Under the pieces are notes generated by a model that had not been told where the DNA came from, ran no database searches, and saw nothing but the letters and a program-made list of their open reading frames with translations. A stretch of DNA of 64,000 bases from an uncultured Chloroflexia bacterium (GTDB lineage Bacteria; Chloroflexota; Limnocylindria; Limnocylindrales; CSP1-4): the NCBI GenBank assembly GCA_963789725.1, contig CAWBLU010000003.1, positions 67,170 to 131,169 of the forward strand, given 5' to 3'. This document shows positions 60,254 to 64,000 of the stretch, in pieces. A program made the position numbers and the translations under genes. Each line of letters starts with the position of its first letter. The first letter of the stretch is position 1.

Positions 60254-61350
60254 CCGCCGAGGACTCGGCCGGCGCGCTTCACGTCGTCCGTTTCGCCCCG
60301 GCCAAGCTCAACCTGACCCTGGCCGTGGTCGGCCGGCGCGAGGACGGCTTTCACGCCCTCCACTCGATCATGGTTCAGCTCTCCCTCGGCGACGCCTTGA
60401 CGGTCTCCGTGCGACGGGGCGACTCGTCCGGCGACTCGTTGCGGGTATCGGGCCTGACGCTTTCGGCCGCGCCCGACAACCTTGTCGTGAGGGCAATCGC
60501 GGCGACCCGGGCCGCCGTCACCTCGACGTGGCCGGGCGCCCCGGCCGACCCGCCGGCACTGGCGGCCCATCTGTCCAAACGCATCCCCGTGGCGGCCGGT
60601 CTGGGCGGCGGCAGCAGCGACGCGGCGGCTGCCATCGACGCCTCGCTGGCGGTGTGGGGCGCGACCATGGACCCTGCGGAGAAGTCGGCCCTGGCCGCCT
60701 CGCTCGGCTCGGACGTGCCCTTCTTCCTGGCCCGAGGAGCCGCTCTGGTCACCGGGCGGGGCGAGGTCGTGGAACCGCTGCCGGACTTCGCCGGCCAGTC
60801 GCCGGCCGTCTTGCTGGTGACGCCGAGACTGCCGGTAGCGACGGCCGCCGTCTTCAAGGCGTACGCCGGCGGCGCGCGCCCGGACGGCGTCTCGCCAGCG
60901 CTGGAGACCTCGGAACGGTTGTCCGGAGAGATGCGGACCGGCCTCGGTCGGGCGGCCCTGCTGAAGCGAGCCCCGGATCTGGCGATGGCCAACGACCTGG
61001 CGACTGCCGCCGCGTCGATAGCTCCCGGGCTTGAGGCCTTTGTGGCCGCCCTCGGGAAGGTGGTCTCGCGGCCGGTCTGCCAGTCCGGCTCGGGGCCGAC
61101 CCTCTGGGCTCTCTACTCCAGCCTGGCCGATGCTCGCAAGGCGGCCCGATATGTTCGCCTGGCGGCTATCAACGGCACGCTCCCACTGGTCGGCGACGGG
61201 GAGCCGTTCGTGGCCGCGACGACTATCGCCGGACGGTCCACGCCGCCGACCATTTCGCTCTCGGACGACACAACGGGTACGATCCGGCCCCGCACCCTTC
61301 ACAATGGATCCGACGCCGGAGAGCGCGGGCCAGAGGATCTGGCCGACTAG
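60250..61350 (+). CDS. ispE: 4-diphosphocytidyl-2-C-methyl-D-erythritol kinase (with a ~50 aa C-terminal extension)
   Basis: GHMP-kinase motif PVAAGLGGGSSDAAAA and the N-terminal AKLNLTL. Confidence 0.85.
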   Translation: MTAEDSAGALHVVRFAPAKLNLTLAVVGRREDGFHALHSIMVQLSLGDALTVSVRRGDSSGDSLRVSGLTLSAAPDNLVVRAIAATRAAVTSTWPGAPADPPALAAHLSKRIPVAAGLGGGSSDAAAAIDASLAVWGATMDPAEKSALAASLGSDVPFFLARGAALVTGRGEVVEPLPDFAGQSPAVLLVTPRLPVATAAVFKAYAGGARPDGVSPALETSERLSGEMRTGLGRAALLKRAPDLAMANDLATAAASIAPGLEAFVAALGKVVSRPVCQSGSGPTLWALYSSLADARKAARYVRLAAINGTLPLVGDGEPFVAATTIAGRSTPPTISLSDDTTGTIRPRTLHNGSDAGERGPEDLAD

Positions 61351-61377
61351 CCGGCCGCACTGAAGGAGACCGTCTCG

Positions 61378-61764
61378 ATGAGTCGCAAGGCAGTCGCGTC
61401 GGCCGGCGCGCCGGCCGCAATCGGTCCATACAGTCAGGCCATCGAGATCGACGGCTTCGTGTTCTGCTCGGGACAGCTCGGGTTCGACCCCGCGACCGGC
61501 CAGCTGCTCGACGGCGTTGAAGCGCAGTCCGAGCGCGCCCTCCTCAACCTCGAGGCGGTCCTCGACGCGGCCGGCCTCACCATGGCCGACGTTGTGAAGA
61601 TCAACATCTTCCTTGCCGATCTGGCCCACTTCGCGCAGGTAAACGCCATCTACGCACGCCACATCGTCCAGCCAGCTCCGGCCCGCAGCACGGTCCAGGT
61701 AGCCGCGCTTCCAGCGGCGGCCCTGATCGAAATCGAGGCCATCGCACGACGGTCCGGCCGGTGA
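61378..61764 (+). CDS. ridA: RidA/YjgF-family reactive-intermediate deaminase
   Basis: APAAIGPYSQAI...PARSTVQVAALP... RidA family. The ATG follows AAGGAGA. Confidence 0.85.
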   Translation: MSRKAVASAGAPAAIGPYSQAIEIDGFVFCSGQLGFDPATGQLLDGVEAQSERALLNLEAVLDAAGLTMADVVKINIFLADLAHFAQVNAIYARHIVQPAPARSTVQVAALPAAALIEIEAIARRSGR

Positions 61765-61777
61765 CCGGTTCCCAGGC

Positions 61778-63244
61778 GTGCTACCGTCGATGACGATGAA
61801 TCAGGCCGCCGGCGTTCTTCCGGTAGTGCTGGCCGCAGGCCTGGGGACGCGAATGAAATCGCGCACCCCGAAGGTCCTGCACGCGTTGTGCGGCCGCCCG
61901 ATGCTCGCCTACGTCCTGGACGCGGCCCACGCGGTAAGCGGCCGGCGGCCGCTCGTCGTCTACTCCCCGGCGACGGCCTCGGTGGCCGAGCGATTCGCCG
62001 GTGAGGCGGATTTCGTGGAGCAGGCCGATCCGCTCGGCACGGCCGATGCCGTCCGGGCCGCGATGGCGGTAGTGCCGCCGGGGATCGCCGAGATCCTGGT
62101 CCTGTCCGGAGACGTGCCGCTGGTCCAGACCGATCTCTTGGCCGATCTGATCGACGTCCGCCGGGCCCGAAACGCGGCTGTGGCCATCGTCTCCGTTCAC
62201 GCCAACCAGCCGGACGGCCTGGGCCGCGTAGTTCGGAGCGAAGACGGTGGCCAGGTGCTCAGGATCATCGAGCAGAACGACGCCACGCCGGAAGAGCTCG
62301 AGATCGAGGAAATCAACGCCGGCGTCTACATGTTCGACGCCGAGTGGCTGGCTCGCCGAATCGGCGACGTCGAGAAGTCACCCGTAACGGGCGAGTTCTA
62401 CCTGCCCGAACTGGTCCTGCTGGCTCACGAAGACCGCCGGCCGGTCGTCTCGCTCGAGGTCGAGGACGACGGCTCACTGGCCGGGGTGAACGACCGGGTC
62501 CAACTCGCGTCGGCGGAGCTGGAACTGAGGCTGGCCATCAACGAGCGCCACATGCTCGCCGGCGTCACGATCGTCGATCCGGCTCGCGCCTACGTCGATT
62601 TCACCGTCGAGCTCGCCCAGGACGTCGTCCTGGAGCCCGGAGTGGTGCTGCGCGGCCAGACTAAGATCGGCGAGGGCACCCGGATAGGCGCGGGCAGCGA
62701 GATCATCGATACGGTCGTCGGGAGCGACTGCGTCGTCTGGGCCAGCGTTCTGGAGCGCTCGGTCGTGGAAGACGAGGTCCAGATCGGGCCTTTCTCACAC
62801 CTTCGCCCGGGAGCCTCGATCGGGCGCGGGGCCAAGCTCGGGAACTTTGCCGAAGTCAAGGCCAGCCGCCTCGAAGCGGGCGTGCAGCAGCACCACTTCA
62901 GCTACATCGGCGACGCGGAAGTCGGCGAGCGCACGAACGTCGGTGCCGGATCCATCACCTGCAACTACGACGGAGTGAGGAAGCACAAGACGAAGATCGG
63001 CAAGGGCGTTTTCCTGGGCTCGGACACGATGCTGGTGGCCCCGGTCGAGCTGGGCGACGGCGCCCGCACCGGGGCCGGGTCCGTCGTGACCAGGGATGTT
63101 CCTGCTGGCATGCTGGCCGTGGGCGTGCCCGCGCGGCTGCGCCAGCCCCGCACATCCGCGGCAGATGCCAAGGCCGCCGACGTCCCCGACGAGGATTCGG
63201 CCGCGCCGCCGTCTGAGGAGGCGATGGGGCCAAGCCCCCGATGA
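61778..63244 (+). CDS. glmU: Bifunctional UDP-N-acetylglucosamine pyrophosphorylase / glucosamine-1-phosphate N-acetyltransferase
   Basis: N-terminal LAAGLGTRMKS nucleotidyltransferase fold plus C-terminal left-handed beta-helix hexapeptide repeats. The start is the GTG at 61778, the ATG at 61790 or the ATG at 61796. Confidence 0.9.
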   Translation: MLPSMTMNQAAGVLPVVLAAGLGTRMKSRTPKVLHALCGRPMLAYVLDAAHAVSGRRPLVVYSPATASVAERFAGEADFVEQADPLGTADAVRAAMAVVPPGIAEILVLSGDVPLVQTDLLADLIDVRRARNAAVAIVSVHANQPDGLGRVVRSEDGGQVLRIIEQNDATPEELEIEEINAGVYMFDAEWLARRIGDVEKSPVTGEFYLPELVLLAHEDRRPVVSLEVEDDGSLAGVNDRVQLASAELELRLAINERHMLAGVTIVDPARAYVDFTVELAQDVVLEPGVVLRGQTKIGEGTRIGAGSEIIDTVVGSDCVVWASVLERSVVEDEVQIGPFSHLRPGASIGRGAKLGNFAEVKASRLEAGVQQHHFSYIGDAEVGERTNVGAGSITCNYDGVRKHKTKIGKGVFLGSDTMLVAPVELGDGARTGAGSVVTRDVPAGMLAVGVPARLRQPRTSAADAKAADVPDEDSAAPPSEEAMGPSPR

Positions 63245-64000
63245 GCGACGTCGTACTGCAACTGCTTGTCGTCCTCATCCTCGTAATGGTCGAGGCGGTA
63301 TTCGTCGCGGCCGAGATCGCCCTCGTCACGCTCCGCCACAGCCGCATCGACCAGATGATCGAGGAGGGTCACCGCAACGCGCGCCGCGTCAAGCGGCTCG
63401 TCGAGGATCCGGCCCGTTTCCTCGCCGTCGCCCAGATCGGAGTCACCTTCGTCGGGTTCCTCGCTTCGGCGTACGCGGCCGTGAACCTCGCGGAACGGCT
63501 GTCGGTCACCCTGGCGGATGTGCCGGTCCTGAAGGACGCAGCCGCGGGCTTGGCTCTGCTGATCATCACCATACTTCTGTCGGCATTCACCATCGTGTTC
63601 GGCGAGTTGGTTCCAAAGACCCTCGCTCTTGCATATCCGGACCGGGTGGCGCTGACCCTGGCCGGTCCGCTCGACCTCGTCGGCCATGTGTTTGGGCCCC
63701 TGGTCAATACCTTGACGTGGCTGACCCGCTTGATCGCCGGCGGTTTCGGTGCCGGAGTCTCCAAACAGGCTCAAATCAACACCGAGGAGCTCAAGCTCAT
63801 CGTGGAACGGGGCGGGGAGACGGGCGTCCTCGAGGCCGAGGAGGAGCAGATGATCAGCGCGGTCATCGAGCTCGGCGAGCGGCGTGTCCACGAAGTCATG
63901 ATCCCGCGCACGGACATGACGGCCCTGCCGGTGACGGCCAGCATAGACGAGGCGATCGACACCTTCATCAACGAGGGCCACAGCCGCGTTCCGGTCTACA
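63241..64000 (+). CDS. DUF21 + CBS domain transporter (CorC/HlyC/CNNM family), 5' portion; the 3' end lies outside the window
   Basis: The translation gives N-terminal TM helices, the FGELVPKTLA motif and the start of a CBS pair (EVMIPRTDM). The ATG overlaps the glmU stop (ATGA). It is not in the ORF track because no stop falls within the window. Confidence 0.8.
   Translation, partial: MSDVVLQLLVVLILVMVEAVFVAAEIALVTLRHSRIDQMIEEGHRNARRVKRLVEDPARFLAVAQIGVTFVGFLASAYAAVNLAERLSVTLADVPVLKDAAAGLALLIITILLSAFTIVFGELVPKTLALAYPDRVALTLAGPLDLVGHVFGPLVNTLTWLTRLIAGGFGAGVSKQAQINTEELKLIVERGGETGVLEAEEEQMISAVIELGERRVHEVMIPRTDMTALPVTASIDEAIDTFINEGHSRVPVY

Overview
High-GC (about 68%) bacterial chromosome segment. 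Every gene I can support (about 75 CDS and 4 tRNAs) lies on the + strand. The window is the core translation and transcription super-locus in a Bacillus/Thermus-like order. It begins with the 3' end of a yacL-like gene, then ispDF, cysS and rlmB. A tRNA-Thr/Tyr/Thr cluster follows, then tuf, rpmG, tRNA-Trp, secE, nusG, rplK-rplA and a long leader before rplJ-rplL. Next come rpoB, rpoC, rpsL-rpsG-fusA and a second, nucleotide-identical tuf. The complete S10/spc/alpha operons follow without a break (rpsJ through rplQ, including secY, adk, map, infA, rpmJ and rpoA), then truA and rplM-rpsI. After that is a cell-wall and nucleotide-signalling block: a TPR protein, cdaA, cdaR, glmM, glmS, acpS, nnrD and alr. 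Four unrecognisable ORFs sit between alr and the tsaE-tsaB-rimI-tsaD operon. The window closes with rsmA, ispE, ridA, glmU and the 5' part of a DUF21/CBS (CorC/CNNM-type) transporter. There are no CRISPR arrays, rRNAs or mobile elements. Almost all long minus-strand ORFs in the track are antisense artefacts of the high GC content. The most unusual parts are the 4-gene insertion at 52.0-56.3 kb, the RGG/FG-rich disordered extension fused to RlmB, the insertion and acidic tail in RpoC, and the perfectly identical 1.2 kb tuf duplication.
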